From Oopsacas minuta (lineage: Eukaryota > Animalia > Porifera): 64,000 nt of DNA. Positions within the stretch are counted from its first letter, which is position 1, and every line of letters begins with the position of its first letter. A program made the translations under genes and the position numbers. The notes beneath the pieces are model-generated. The model was not told the DNA's origin, did not search any database, and saw only the letters and a list, made by a program, of their open reading frames with translations. Positions 1-13,659 of the stretch are shown here, one piece after another. The stretch is from the NCBI GenBank assembly GCA_024704765.1, contig JAKMXF010000321.1, positions 1,268,321 through 1,332,320 on the forward strand, read 5' to 3'.

Positions 1-568
1 TGTGCAAAGTTTCAAACCAATCGAAGATGGCTGGTTAATCATTGGATTGTTTGACAAATAAAATAATTACACAAAGAAAAATCAATCTAAACAATCCAAA
101 TTACTTGAAAGACGCAGATTGACGATAGTTCTAATCAAATCTAAACAAAATCTAACTCAACAATTTCAAAATAATTTGAAATATGGTGAGCATCAAGTAG
201 CTAATCTCAAGAAAAACAACATCAACAATTTCAGGAGTAACTTTAAATCTGCTGACCAACAAGTAGGGGACAGTTTACAGCAAATTCTAAGGAAAATCAG
301 CCTCAACAACTCAAAATTAACCTGAAAGACGCTATGGAAACAAGTAGGGTCTATATTATTCTTTTCTGATCAAATTCTACTTTTTTGATTAAATTCTATT
401 TTTCTGATCAACATATACAGTCCCGTTCTTATAACCGATGTAGGAATATCAGTCATCTACTAAATTCACAGCTGTCGATGTTGATCCAATATATTTTAAC
501 TAGTTCATTCAGTTGTCTAGACATAGTTTTAATAGCTACTGTGAAAGCCCCTTATGTGTTGTGAGTGA

Positions 569-1195
569 CAGTGGCGTCGGGAGGGGGTCCTGGGGGTCTT
601 AGGACCCTCCCAATCTGTCAGACTGATTATTTGTTCATTGCAATAAAAAACAGAGGACTACACTTGTAGGACTGTCCAAATCTGCCCTTGCTACACTTGC
701 TAGCTCCGCATCATTTCCTAACATTTCTGCATTGCTGCAGATTTTGACAACTCTGTCAGTGACGACTGCCGAGGCTGAGCCCATGTTCTCCAAAATGGAG
801 AAAACTCTAACGGCAATAAGAAGCACAATGGAAGAGCAGAGACTTGAGGCCTCCTTCTACTTCAGATTCATCCTTCTGATACACCATCAATTGATGATGT
901 TATCAAACGATTTGCCACAACATCTTCACGCCCATCAATTTTATTTTATAAATTAAATTATACTGTTGAATCAAGTTAAATAGGCCAAGATAGCCTACTA
1001 GGTTTATGGAAATGTTACTTAGTGCGTTTTGTTTGTTAATGGGTAGAGTTTACGGCAATAGAGTTCCCATACCGCAAATCGATCTTTTGTTAAAGTAATT
1101 TTTTAAAAATCGCTGTGGTAATGCCCCCAGACCCCTTTATTGATTCGCTCCTCTCGTTCAGGACTCCCCAATTCAAAAGCCTGGCTACGCCTATG
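569..1195 (+). mobile_element. hAT deletion derivative retaining a dimerisation-domain remnant
   Basis: Ends CAGTGGCGTCGG / GGCTACGCCTATG form an imperfect TIR; flanks GTGAGTGA / GTGAGGAC are an imperfect 8-bp TSD. ORF 732-956 reads LQILTTLSVTTAEAEPMFSKMEKTLTAIRSTM, matching the hAT C-terminal (T-A-x-x-E-R-x-F-S) motif. Confidence 0.7.
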
Positions 1196-2104
1196 GTGAG
1201 GACTGTGTCTCATTAGCTTTTACACATTTTTGGAATGTTTGACATAATTATTTTATGATTTCGCATGAGAATTAGGATTTAATAGCTCTTTGTAAATTCA
1301 AACTTTAACATTTCCCGTGCAGGATATAAACTTACACACAATAGGCATATTCTAAAATGAGTTTCAGAGTGGGAAAACATGGCTGATTAGGGTAAAAATT
1401 TTCATATTCAAAACTCTAAGAAAGTCATATTTCTGAATTCATCATAGTTGAAAACATATAATTGTGTATTTAGATACAGAATTTTAGCTTGCTCATTACT
1501 GTGCTAAGAGCAGATAGTGAAGTGAATTTTCTCATGATATTGAAGAATGTTAGTCATAATAATAACATCTGCTTTCAAAGTCATTTTCCAAGAGTTAGTT
1601 GGAATGGAACATACACGTTTTGTTTATAATGTAATCAATATAGCTTTTCTATAACCATAGAAAATTTGCTCTCCCCCAGATTTCAAAGCCATACGACACC
1701 ACTGTCGGCTGGATGGTTATGTCCAACTAGAATTTTATAGATCCCCCACTTGGCATGCCTCCTGCTAAACGCATGAAACACCTTTCCCATTGTCCTGCCA
1801 CCCTGGTAATTTCTTTGTCCCTCCTAAGTAAATAACCATGGCGACATCCCTGCAATATACCCCCCTCACCAATAATTTACAATGGCAAGATTCCTGAACG
1901 GTTGGCAGGTGTGCGGTTGTTGTGCAGGCAAATCAAGTCTAACGACATGGTAAATGAAGCGCCCAAGTTTATTGTAAATACTTTGTTATATTTTAAGGTG
2001 CTGCCATTTTTTTTAATAACTTAATAAACTTATTCAAAGTATAAATGCAATAATGCGTAATTGCAAAGACATTGTAAGTTTTTAAACAAATTAATGAGGC
2101 TGTA

Positions 2105-3028
2105 TTAATCTGTTGTATTTTCTTGTCCAGACGTTGAAATGTAAGGAAAACGGAATGGTGTTGTTTCTTGTTCAGCTGCCACATATTTATTAGAGCTATG
2201 TTTCCTCCCTTCACTTTGTCGGCTTAATGTGCGGCGTGCTTCCGCGCACCTCCTATTTGTATCTTCTACTAGTGTGGTCATTGTACAATTTGGGAATTGA
2301 TTGAGCGTATGTTGCCATACAGCTTTAGTTATGTTACTATCAAGTGATTTAGTAGCACCTTTGCCCCTAGCACTGGACTTCGAAAATGTCTCCTGGTCAA
2401 AATAGTAGGCCAAAATACGGCGCATATAATATGTTGGAGATTCGTTTGCCATTTCACGTATTTGAATTAAAAACTGTCTTGGAATGCAAACATCACATGC
2501 TGGAATTAACTCAACCAGTTCATTTGGTTCATGTTCTTTAGAAAAGCTAGATGAAGGATTATTATTAGAGTCTATGCCTGTATTTTGTTTATTTTCTTGA
2601 ATACATTCAGTAGTATCCTCACTGTCCTGGGTGAATTCGACGTTTTTCCATAGATCAATCATTGCTTCAAATTGCCCAATCATTACATCACGAATATCTA
2701 CTTTAGGAATGAGTTTAGGTAAGAGCTGCTCGTAATATGTCACCTTTTGCTTAAGATGATATATTTCTTCCTTAAGCTTTTCATTTTCTTCAATTAACTG
2801 TGTATTTAAAGAAAAATTAATGGAAGAAGTAAGGCCTTCTTGTGCATTTATATCATTATCAAAGATATTCCATTCTGAACCCTGCGTTGCATGACTTATA
2901 TCTGATGGTCGAACTACTAATGGTAACAGTAGAGCAACTTTATTATTTTGGCTCATTTCATTATGTTCATAAGATTGGGGGTTTGAGCGATGGGGTGTCA
3001 ATGCAATTGTAGAATTGATGAAATTCAT
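2105..3028 (-). CDS. BEN-domain protein (coiled coil plus C-terminal BEN domain), 307 aa, single exon
   Basis: Intact ATG-to-stop ORF. Coiled coil LIEENEKLKEEIYHLKQKV; C-terminal YYMRRILAYYFDQETFSKSSARGKGATKSLDSNITKAVWQHTLNQFP...TNRRCAEARR fits the BEN pattern (F..E.L..SS..G....LD....AI......FP.........C...RR). Confidence 0.7.
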   Translation of the reverse strand: MNFINSTIALTPHRSNPQSYEHNEMSQNNKVALLLPLVVRPSDISHATQGSEWNIFDNDINAQEGLTSSINFSLNTQLIEENEKLKEEIYHLKQKVTYYEQLLPKLIPKVDIRDVMIGQFEAMIDLWKNVEFTQDSEDTTECIQENKQNTGIDSNNNPSSSFSKEHEPNELVELIPACDVCIPRQFLIQIREMANESPTYYMRRILAYYFDQETFSKSSARGKGATKSLDSNITKAVWQHTLNQFPNCTMTTLVEDTNRRCAEARRTLSRQSEGRKHSSNKYVAAEQETTPFRFPYISTSGQENTTD

Positions 3029-4131
3029 TGGAGTATATTATTTAAACATTTACGTATGTAATGTAAATTTCCAGATGGTTTCACGAAAATATTAGATTGT
3101 AGTTCATTTAAATACTTTCTTACTCTATGTAATGTGATACTAGCCTCTATACTAGTTAATTCAAAATATATTCATTATTATAAAATATATTTACCATTAT
3201 CAATCGTCATTAAAGTATCCTGCTTAGGACAAACATTGAGCATGGGAAATACTCCACTTCTTACATTTGATCTTTGACTATTTCGTTCTTATTCCAGTAG
3301 ACCCTCGATTATCCGAATTGCTTTTTACCCCACTGAAAATTTTTCTGATTGAATGTGTATACGAGTTCATTCACAATTACCTGCGCTCCACGACCACCCC
3401 AAACCCTTTCTGCCGAAAGCCCTAGTGTAGGAGGTTCAATTGGCTGTAGTGTTCCACACACATCCTTTACCAACACCACTTTGGGAGGTTCCACTGTAAT
3501 AGCATACAAGTATTAAGGATAATATATCTTATGCAGAGTTTCTCAACCGGTATGCCGCGGTTTACATACTCTAGGGCTAGAGGTCCGAATAAACACCACC
3601 CCCGCTTATTTATTTCAAAATTTCAAAATCTTTAATCAACCATATCATTTTACTGGTTGTTTTTATGAACTATCTGGAGTCTCCGTACCCCTATTTTAGA
3701 TAATGCTATCGTAGTAAGTTCTTACTTAGGTAAAATTCTCAATTAATGCTATACTTGGGATATTCCAAGCCCCTATATATTCTACCTCCCCTCGTTATTA
3801 AATTTTCATATTTTCAGCTCCCGTCTATTCCAACCCGGTATATTCGGACGCTTAGACTATGTGTCTCAGAATATGTATGACATGCCACGCCACCAAAATC
3901 TCACTACCATTGAAGAAATTGGCTTAAATGCTTTCTGAGGTTCTGAGTATGAAAGCTTAATGCAGAGAAGAACTCATATACACCAGTATTTACATATTTA
4001 TAAATAATATTACTATTCTAGGAATCTCGGCACAGCGATTATCATTTAGTTCAATTCCTCATTGTAATGCTAACCTGCAGCTCTTGAGCATGTAGCTTTC
4101 GGCTCCAGGCTCCCGGTGTTATCTTGCAATA

Positions 4132-4197
4132 CAGTAGAACGTCAGTTATCCAAACAGGATGCCACCGAGAGGGTTTCGGATAACTAATGTTCTACTG
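4132..4197. mobile_element. pogo/Tigger-like mini MITE
   Basis: TA-flanked CAGTAGAAC...GTTCTACTG inverted termini. Confidence 0.6.
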
Positions 4198-6125
4198 TAC
4201 ACAAAACTGTTACCTGTCACTACCAGAAAAGTTTAATAATGTAAAAAGGTGATAAAATATTTACAATAATATAGTGCGATATTTAGTATAGCATACTATA
4301 TCCTAAATTATTAGTGCGGCTGGCTAATAGAAAATACACTTGAATTCGGCTATCACAAGGAAAAGGTGTTGGTCTAGGCGTATGGAAAAGAAAGATGCAC
4401 TTTAAGCGTATGTGAGAACGTGGATGAAAGATATGGGTATTACTGGTGTGAGCGCGTTTTGTGAACCCACTCGTTTAAGAGTTCCTGAACACCCCAAATT
4501 CCAGGAGAGCAAAGTCACTAGTGTTTAGGGACGCCAGGTTTTCGGGTTCCTCAGTCTTTGTCCATATTTCTAGAGATTTAGTGACCCTCGTTTGATAGCC
4601 ATCTGCTATGTTTTCTAAATAAAAATAGCCTTTCTGATTCTCTGGGGCTGACATCTAGGCAAAGCTAGACATTAAGATAACATTAATCGCGTACGAGATA
4701 TCCCAAGAATTAAACTGAATTTTTCGGAGCGCCTAAGTCAATATTTGTAAATTTTAAGGGTCCTATTTCACTTGGTTGGTCCCCCAAACGCTAGCGTTTT
4801 GGCTCGGGGCTCCAAATGAGTGTTCCTAAAATGCGCCCACAGACCGGTGTGACCGCGTTTTTAAGAGTAAAGATTGGGGATCTTTCCCTATACTGTAACA
4901 CTAATTTACTGATTTAGGCGTATGAAAAGTGGAGAAGGAGAGCTAGTACTGTACTCCGAATAACCTGTATATCTCTGTGATAATATACCTTCCCTCCATT
5001 GTAAGTTTTAAGATAAATTTAGTGTACCAAGCAATTTGTCAATATGTATATTAGAACTAGGTAATAAACGTGTGAAATGTGATTATGATTGCAACTTTTC
5101 ATAAAATATTCTTGTAGAAAAGAAATAATATTACATATACCCAGTGTCATAGTGCCAGTTGTCCCCTCGGACTCGTGGCACTAGGGTGAGATGTCCTACC
5201 CGGACAATCCCTTTAGAGAAATTCCAGGCCCTGGTGCTACAATAGGTCCCGGGACCCAATCTGTTCTTGCGGATGAAATTTTAGAGACACACATTTCTAA
5301 ACGTTTCAAATAAGAAATCTATGATATATTTACGTATTATTGAATATGGCATGGTAAATATTTCCAAATAATCAGGTCTCTAGAGTAGATATCCAATTAA
5401 TATTATTCCGGTTAATACGAACTCCGGATAAAGCGAACAAAATTTGACCGTGTTCGTTGGTGTTCTTATTTATAAGGTTTATATATCTATATGTATATAT
5501 GTTCTGCCTTGATGAGCAACCTGTCCGGTTACACAACTGGACGCGAAGACGTCTAGTTGGGTAACGGGACGTCAGGTTAAGCATTGGGATGGAAGTTGGG
5601 CGCCCGGACGGAAGATATTCTTTACTATGACAATGTCGCAGAATGCGGCCTAAAAGGCCAAAAAAATAACTGCTTCACGAGACAAAAATATTCAAAATTA
5701 CTCTACTATACTGATTACTGCCGAAGTGTTACGTTCGTAACAAAAAGGTACGCTAATTTACAACTTCGTTTTAACCAATTCCCGCACCCAAATCGAGAAT
5801 TTAGCATCTTTTTGGCCTCATAAAATGACACATTTTCCCGGCCGTATTCGATTAATAGAGAAAGCGGAGACAGTCTCTGCAACATTTGGACTGCTAATAC
5901 AAATTGTAGGGGTTAACCGGACCAACTTTTGGTGGCTCCATATTTTTTGTATATACTAAGTATATCAACCTGATCGATTGAATACTGTTGCTATGGACCT
6001 AAGCTTGGTGACTTCCTCTTTATTAATTCTATTGTCCTGCTTTATCACGGCAAAAGGTCAAATATTCCGATAAATTACATGAGTCTGTTCCGTGATGGTA
6101 TACATTATTAAGTTTGGCATGTATG

Positions 6126-7235
6126 CAGTGGCGTATCAAGCACCTTTGGTACCCGGGGCGGAATCTGAAGTTGGCATCCCCTTTTTCTGTATTTTATACA
6201 ATATATAGCTAAGTATATTGTACATATACCGGGTGGGCCAAAAAACGGGCCCCGTGCACATTTCAGGCCAACTTGAAACTATTAGTCAAACAAAGCAATA
6301 ATCTATTTATTCTACGTAAAGATATGTTAGATAAACCAAAGACGAAGTAATTGAGTATTCAGTGAAGTCTTAGCGAGTTCAGAGAATTTTTGAAACCCCG
6401 TGCTTCAAGGAAATTACAGAAAACTTTTGCATATATTCGATGTCAAAAATGCGCCCAGGAAATCGAGAATTCAGGGTTGGATTAAGAAATTTCAGACTGA
6501 GAAAACTGTTAAAAACTTAAATAGTAGGTCCGAAGACCGTGCAAGTCATTCCGGGATAAATAGTTCTCAAAAATGAAATGGGAATTTTGCTCCAAAAATC
6601 CAAAAATGGAAAGATTTTTATGGTGTTCATCTAGAACATAAGCTCTAATCCTCGTAGACTTTCAACCTACGACAATAATAGCTTGTGTTCATTTTGTAAG
6701 CCATTTTAGCTCTAGAACTATAAGGTTTTGTTGATCTTTCCTCAATATTATGCACATTCGAAGCTAATTGTTCGGGCCCGTTTTTTTGGCCCACCCTGTA
6801 TGTGAGATGTTTATTTTCCAACATATTCTAACAGGCTATTTATAGCACATCTATTATTAGTGAATAGTCGACGTACCGACCGCATAGCGACTACGATACT
6901 TAGATTATGTATTAGATTCTATAGGCTAGTTAATTACATTCACTTGTTGTTCACTCTAAATTCTATAATTCTACCATTTCTAACTGTTAGCTATCCTTGC
7001 TTTCGGGTAATCACTTATTTAAGCGTGACAATATGTTTTGAATGTTCTATAATGTAGGTATGATGAATGTATTTTGCTAGATAAACTTATTATAGTGTAG
7101 CGGATATGTATAGGAACGCAGTAACTACATCTTGGATCTCAAAAATATATAATATAATGTATCTCTCTCAGTCAAGGTTGGCACCCCCTTTTAGCGGCAC
7201 CCGGGCAGGCCGGGCTCCCCCTTGGTACGCCACTG
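6126..7235. mobile_element. hAT-type MITE with nested Tc1/mariner derivative
   Basis: TIR CAGTGGCGTA / TACGCCACTG; perfect 8-bp TSD CATGTATG (6118-6125, 7236-7243). Confidence 0.85.
6229..6798 (+). mobile_element. Internally deleted Tc1/mariner element (HTH remnant)
   Basis: TA-flanked TIR C(C/A)GGGTGGGCCAAAAAA..CGGGCCC; internal remnant translates KNAPRKSRIQGWIKKFQTEKTV, typical of the N-terminal HTH. Confidence 0.7.
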
Positions 7236-8036
7236 CATGTATGTTTGCGGTTAAAGAATACAGAAATTAAATTCCTGACCACTTTATAACCTAAACTTAA
7301 ATCATTTACTTATTAATGCACACTTCTCAATTCCTTCTCTTGTATTGTATACAGTATATCCGTAATTATCACCAAATTTGCGTAAGCACTCACATCATCA
7401 TGGACCTCTGTTACTTACCCTAGGCTTCCCTAAAACAACACACACCCCTTTCCGTATATTTCTGTCGACAACTTTTGTAAATCTATAATTTAAGGACTTA
7501 CTAAAATATCCTAAGTATATAAGTACTTGTATATTCAATTTATAAGACACTATTATGATCACATGTTATTCAATACGCAATTAACGTAATTGATGTTTAT
7601 TAGTGTCTTTAATTGATTTCGAATTAGAGTAAAATTTATCAACCATATGTTAATCTAATCTAACTACTTTTATATTCAAAATAGTATAAAGCTTTTTTGT
7701 ATTGCAATATTCACATACTTGGTAACTTAGTATATTCGATAGAAGACATTATTAACTCCAGATTTGTTTGAGTTGTGTCTAGAAACTATCTCATGGTAAT
7801 ATTCCTAATTATTTCTTCTCGATCTAATTAAAGTTTAATTAACTGTACGCGTAATCAGTAGGGCGATGTTTCAAAGATAATGTACCACAAATATAAATTC
7901 AATTAGAACGGTTATTCTTTTAGTAAAATCAAATTATTTTCGTCATTAATTGATCTACTTAACATGATAAATCAGTCAGTGTTTAGCATTCTTCACAACT
8001 CCATACGTGAAATTCTTTAAATTTCGGAGGCTACTA

Positions 8037-8135
8037 CAGTAGAGAGTCTCGTTAACACGAACACGGTTAAGAAGAACTCTACAACTTTGTACACTTTGTC
8101 AGTCCCCTGATGTACGTATTAACGAGAGTCTACTG
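8037..8135. mobile_element. pogo-like MITE
   Basis: TA-flanked CAGTAGAGAGTCTCGTTAA / TTAACGAGAGTCTACTG; related copies at 16290-16393, about 41380-41558 and 52213-52383. Confidence 0.65.
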
Positions 8136-8677
8136 TATTATACAAAGCCTGTTATAATATTTATCATTTCTCACTATGTGATTGTTGTTATACTGCTCGC
8201 TTATATTTATTCATCCATACTGCACACTGAACAAATATCACTGGACCAAGGATAAAAGGAGGGGATATATGTTGTTGGGAAAATTATATATTAGCCGATT
8301 ATAAGAAACTGATACATTGATACCAGATGAAATGTATTGTTGATTTGTAACAATTTACAAAAACCACTTTTGTGAAATTTTTCAGATCTAAACGTTACAT
8401 ATATTAGTGTTATTGGCAAATATGTACAAAAGATGTCCACCCGACTTCATGTTAATCGGACAGCTAGATTCGCACGGACTAACTTACGGACGTCGCACAT
8501 TATCCATGCCATTAGGGCATCTCCCTATGGAAACTGTACTCAAAATGATCCATCTTTGAGCGCTTGTAGAAAGCGAATTATTGATATGATCAATACTATT
8601 TCTGAGTTACAGTAGAGACCATGGACGGTACATGTTTTGTCAATATCCAAATGTTATCGTGACAAATTTTTGATATA

Positions 8678-10012
8678 TCAGGGCGTTCAATAAGTCTTGC
8701 GGGTCATGATATATCTTAGGAATTAGTCAAGTAATATATCTAACTTTCATATATTATAAGCCCATATAGTTAAACTCCATATACTGAAAATTTCAAGCTT
8801 ATTCAATACAAATTATGAATTTTTGAGATAATTACGTGTAGTCAATTTATGCCCACTGTTGAATTTATGGCTTCAAAGGATGATAATTTCAACCTCAAAT
8901 GGCGAGCTTACATAGAGTTTCGCACAATACTCAAGATCCAGCCCGTACAGATCTTCAGCGAGTTACAGGAGATATTGTGCGTGGATTGCCCTTCCAGATC
9001 TACTGTAGAGCGATGGGCTGCCCGTTTTAGATCTGGTGATGCTGATGTCACAGATTTTCCTCGATCTGGAAGACTGGCATCCGCCACCACTTCAGAGAAT
9101 ATCGCACTCATTGAAAGTACGGTCATGGAAGACAAGTGCATTACTGTCAATCAGTTAGAACAAAGTATGGAGATTTCATCGGGAGCTATTCATACAATTC
9201 TGACTACTGAGCTTGGCTACCGATCGATTTGTGGGAAATGGGTCCCGTATAAGCTCAGTGAGAATCAAAGGTTGGCACGACTGAATATTACCAAGAAACT
9301 CTTGGAAACTTATGAGAACTGCGATTCTAGACGCCTAACAGAGATTATTACTGGTGACGAGACGTGGGTGTACTATTCAACACCATATAGCAAGTATAAG
9401 AAGCGATCATGGGTGAGGGGTGACGAACAACCGGCGAAAATTCCTAGGCCCGACTTCAGAAAACCTAAGATTATGTATACTATCTTCTTCAGTAGTCATG
9501 GAATTGTCTTGCAATTACCTTGTGAGAGTGGCAAGGTTGTTACTGCTACTTTCTTTACAGAGCAAGTGCTTCCAAATTTGATAAAAAATATAGAAAAGTA
9601 CCGCCCGAAAACCGGAACTGAAGGAATGAAGATTTTAATTGATAACGCCAGTTCCTATACAGCTAAGCTTACCAAAAATTTCTTGGGTGTAGAAGGGTTA
9701 GAATTACTTCCCCATCCACCATACTCACCAGACCTAGCTCCGTGTAATTTTTGGCTATTCCCCAAGCTTAAAATCTACCTTCAAGGCAAAGATTTTAACA
9801 CATTACAAGCACTCGGGACGGGCCTGTACCAGTACTTCAAATCCATCCCCGAAGAAGAGTACAAAAATGTGTTTTACAAGTGGGTGGAAAGGTTAAAACT
9901 TTGTGTATCTGCAGGAGGGGATTACTTTGAATAAATAATATAGTGAATTAGTGTGTATAGTGTTTGTATCATATTCTATGATATCACCCGCAAGACTTAC
10001 TGAACGCCCTAG
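8678..10012 (+). mobile_element. Full-length mariner transposon
   Basis: TIRs TCAGGGCGTTCAATAAGTCTTGCGGGT (8678) and ACCCGCAAGACTTACTGAACGCCCTAG (ends 10012); TA on both sides; about 1.33 kb. Confidence 0.92.
8849..9934 (+). CDS. Mariner transposase, 361 aa; third catalytic residue is Asn (DD34N)
   Basis: HTH N-terminus, WVPYKL (WVPHEL-like), TGDETW, IDNASSY, HPPYSPDLAPCNFWLF; 34 residues between second D and the N. Confidence 0.92.
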   Translation: MPTVEFMASKDDNFNLKWRAYIEFRTILKIQPVQIFSELQEILCVDCPSRSTVERWAARFRSGDADVTDFPRSGRLASATTSENIALIESTVMEDKCITVNQLEQSMEISSGAIHTILTTELGYRSICGKWVPYKLSENQRLARLNITKKLLETYENCDSRRLTEIITGDETWVYYSTPYSKYKKRSWVRGDEQPAKIPRPDFRKPKIMYTIFFSSHGIVLQLPCESGKVVTATFFTEQVLPNLIKNIEKYRPKTGTEGMKILIDNASSYTAKLTKNFLGVEGLELLPHPPYSPDLAPCNFWLFPKLKIYLQGKDFNTLQALGTGLYQYFKSIPEEEYKNVFYKWVERLKLCVSAGGDYFE

Positions 10013-12775
10013 TATATCTATATATATTATTAAAACGCAATTAATCTGTCTATATAGGTTATAGTCAATCAGCCTAATCAGTCATTTTAGGTTATGCCTG
10101 AAAATTTTAGGCATTTCGCGTAATAGCTGAGACCCTTGGTTATTTCGTAAAATGACTAAATTCTCCAGCTGTTTCATATATTTGTAGAAATACCCCAAAG
10201 TACAGTATTATGATATTACATGGTTTAGCTTGATCCTTTGAAATAGCTATATGCGGTAAGAATCAATATTTAAATTGTATGTGTATGTTGAGACTGCCGG
10301 GAAAGAAGATTTGAAAGTTAGAAGGGGTTTAATTGGTCATTTACTTTTAGATTTTGGTAATTTCATTCAAAACTGACGTATCATGTATTGTTACGATTGT
10401 AACATATCGATTGAGTTGTTCATTGAATGGATTGGCAATCGATATCAAATCTGGGTCGATTGGATTGGCACCTTTGATTGTGGTTATCTAAATATGGCCT
10501 CCAATTGTCTTCGTTAATCGGCTAAATAAAAATCTTCTAGCCCATACTTGCCAACAGGAGCGGTGTCAAAGCAAAATTGGGGGGTGGAGCTTGAGCACCC
10601 CCCCTCCTCGAGCCCCTCCGTAATTTTCGCATTTTTCCTGGTGGAATTGACTTCCCGTGATTTCTATTCAAATTTAGTGGCGATTTGATCGTTTCTAGTG
10701 CCGTATTTAACTATATAGACTGCAAATGTTGTAAATATGGCCCTGATTAAAGAGATTTTCATCACTACAAATCACAGGATAGGATATACTGTCATTAGTT
10801 ACTATTATTCTCGTCGTCGTACAGGTTCTGGCTTTCATTCTCACTTTATACTGAGCCCAAGGCATTTGCCTGCTACTAATTTCTTCCTCTTTCCTTCATT
10901 CAGGCCTTACTTCAGTCAGACAGATGCATACAAGAAATTCAGACAAATGCATGCGTCCCAATGAGATATATAAATAATGTATTTTCCACAACAATTCCAA
11001 AATTTTCATAATGCAGTCGGCTAGTCCTAGAGTTACTGCGCACATAATTATGAATATCTAATTACAGTCGACAGCGTAAATTTCGATTCTTAGACCCTTG
11101 AGAGCACAACGTAATCATCGAATTTCTTTCAATCAATTCTCCTTAAACTAATTTTCATCTCGTATGATCTATAATTATTCCAGATTCCTGATGTATAACT
11201 GAGCTATAGTATAATACAATTTTTTGTAAAACAACATCCATACCCTGATTTGAAAAGGTTACTTTAATTAATCCGAAAAAATGACCTTCTCTGCAAGATA
11301 GAAAAGCGAAGTAATATATCCTTCCCACCAAGAGTCATTTATATGATATAAAATCGTAGTGGAATTGGAAATTCATGCCTAATACAGTGATTATGGCAGT
11401 ATCATGTTTGCTACGACTAAGATTACTAGTTTATTAGGCTCGAGTGGTAGTCAAACGAAAACTTTCTATGCCAAATTTCTATTACGCAGTTAAGAGAAAT
11501 AATTTCGAGATTCGAAGTTACCTGACAGTAGAATGGCAGCGAATATTGTGGCAAATAAGGCTTGTCGTCCACGCTTACAGCGCCCCCCCAGAACCCCAAC
11601 TGAATAATTATCCCCCACCAGCAATTCCTGGATCCGCCACTGCTGGCGGAAATTTTTATTGGTTGGGCAATAGAAATTGGTCTGGCAACGGCCGCACCTA
11701 CCGGCCATGATCTGGTCATTGGTACAGGACTGTCCGGATTAGCGAGGGTGTATTGTACCTCTATTAAACCACAATTTACATTCCATTGATTTTGATCGGA
11801 TAATACTCACTAATTTTGGTTCCAGGATGGGTATGCCGTATCCCGAGTTATACTATACTTGTTTTCGACACGTCTTTCGACGATTGGCCTTTTAATTGTA
11901 ACAAATTAAGAGAAAATTATTATTACATTATTAAGAAATAAATAATTTGCTTAAGAGGAGCTCCAACCTGATTTGGCGAGGGGGCCCACAAAATGTAGTT
12001 ACTGTACTGGATAACATCCGCCCTAACTTCCTTACTTAAGTGGTTCGAATGTACAAACTTGGGTATATACATTTCATCTATACACTGACATCTAAATGTT
12101 ACAATCCTTGAAAATAACGACAAGCCCTATATACCCTCACATTAGTTACCTATCGACTGGATAGGCAACTTCGAATCTCGAAATAATTTCTCTTAATTGC
12201 GTAATACTCATTTAGCCCGGAAAGTTTTGCATTGACTATGTACATACAATACCTAATTTTGGTATATGTATTTGTCGTATATATTAGCACATTGTAACGT
12301 CCAAATAAATTACAAAGCAGATGCTTTGTTTTAACTTGGACAAACGTAACATAAGCTAATTATTTGTTGTCTTGCTCATAATTAATGTTTGTACACACCC
12401 ACCGACAGCTCACAACCTCCGTTCGTAGATCAATACAAAGTATATACCTGAGAATAGGCTAATATAATATGATATTTAGGTTAATATGCGAGCGAAGCGG
12501 CTCAAGCGAGCCGAATTTACAGTTTACCATTTGAGCTAATATTTCAGTGTATTGGCAAAAATTTAAATACAATTAAAATTCCATATCATGAATAATTTTC
12601 CTGGTGGGATGATGTATCCTCACCCCCCCCTGGATCTGCCACTGCAATTCACTATTAGGGCCAAAAACTAGGGGGGCTGAGCCCTCTCCTTGTAAAAAGT
12701 AAGAGGCTATAGCCCCCTAACCCGGGATATCGCCGCCCTTGATCATTAAGTTATATTATTTATTTTTGCGAGCAT

Positions 12776-13617
12776 CAGGGCCGTAGCCAGAACGTAATGT
12801 TAGGGGGGTCTTGGAGATATTACTCCTATAATATTTATTTTTGGTATAGCTGCTAGTACTTAGAAGGTAATGTTTGAGTGAGTAAACTTTTGTATTTTTT
12901 TCTTAGTTTTTATGAATATTAGGTAACAAATGAAGTGGACAATATAAAATCAATCTAAGGTTATACTTCCTGTAGATAATAGTAAATTAGCAATTCTTAT
13001 CGTGTACTGTATCCATGAATTAATTATTAACTAACCTGAAACTGCACAGCGAGCAAAAAATTTATATTAGAATCTGTTCCACCAGCAATGCATAGTATAT
13101 TGATTGAATGGTTTGAAATTTGCACTATTGATTGGAGGCAAAATGTGTATTAGGGGAAAATTAATATTTTAAGGTACCTTTAATATATAGTGCTATTTTA
13201 AATAAATTCAATTAAAATACTATGGTGTCGGTACAGATTATGACTTTGATTTTTAGCTCTAAAGAATATAGTAAAGTGCAAAGGCGCCGAATTGCTAGGT
13301 TAAGGGAGTTTTGACATTCCCTGTTTTTTTCAGGGGGCCTCACCCCCCTAATTGGGAGGGTATACAAATGCTAGTCAATCAGGTACACCCTCCCTTACAA
13401 AAGGGAGTTTCAGCACCCATGGCGAAGTGCATCAATCAAACTCACACTTACACAACAAATATCCATGAGGAATTAAGTAAAGAATTCAAACATCCAAGAT
13501 AATATGATATAGATATTGCACAGCAAAAGTACTTTAGGTGGTGCCAAAATTTTATAGGGAGGCTCAAATTTCTCCAGGGTCAGCTGAGCCCTCCTGGCCC
13601 CCCTGGCTACGGGCCTG
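12776..13617. mobile_element. hAT-type MITE
   Basis: TIR CAGGGCCGTAGCCAG / CTGGCTACGGGCCTG; TSD GCGAGCAT / GCGGGCAT (1 mismatch). Confidence 0.8.
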
Positions 13618-13659
13618 GCGGGCATGATAATGATAAGAATGCTAACTAACCTTCACCTT

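Noticed and set aside
119-325. 68-aa Asn/Gln/Lys-rich ORF
   Set aside because: Non-ATG start, low complexity, no recognisable motif.
3309-3509. Protein-like minus-strand ORF (VWGGRGAQVIVNELVYTFNQ)
   Set aside because: Could be a stray exon, but I cannot assign a family and it ends in a pogo-like TIR.
11426-11719. Three overlapping GC-rich ORFs
   Set aside because: They overlap MITE termini (CTGGATCCGCCACTG; inverted repeat with 12155-12200) and have no protein motifs.
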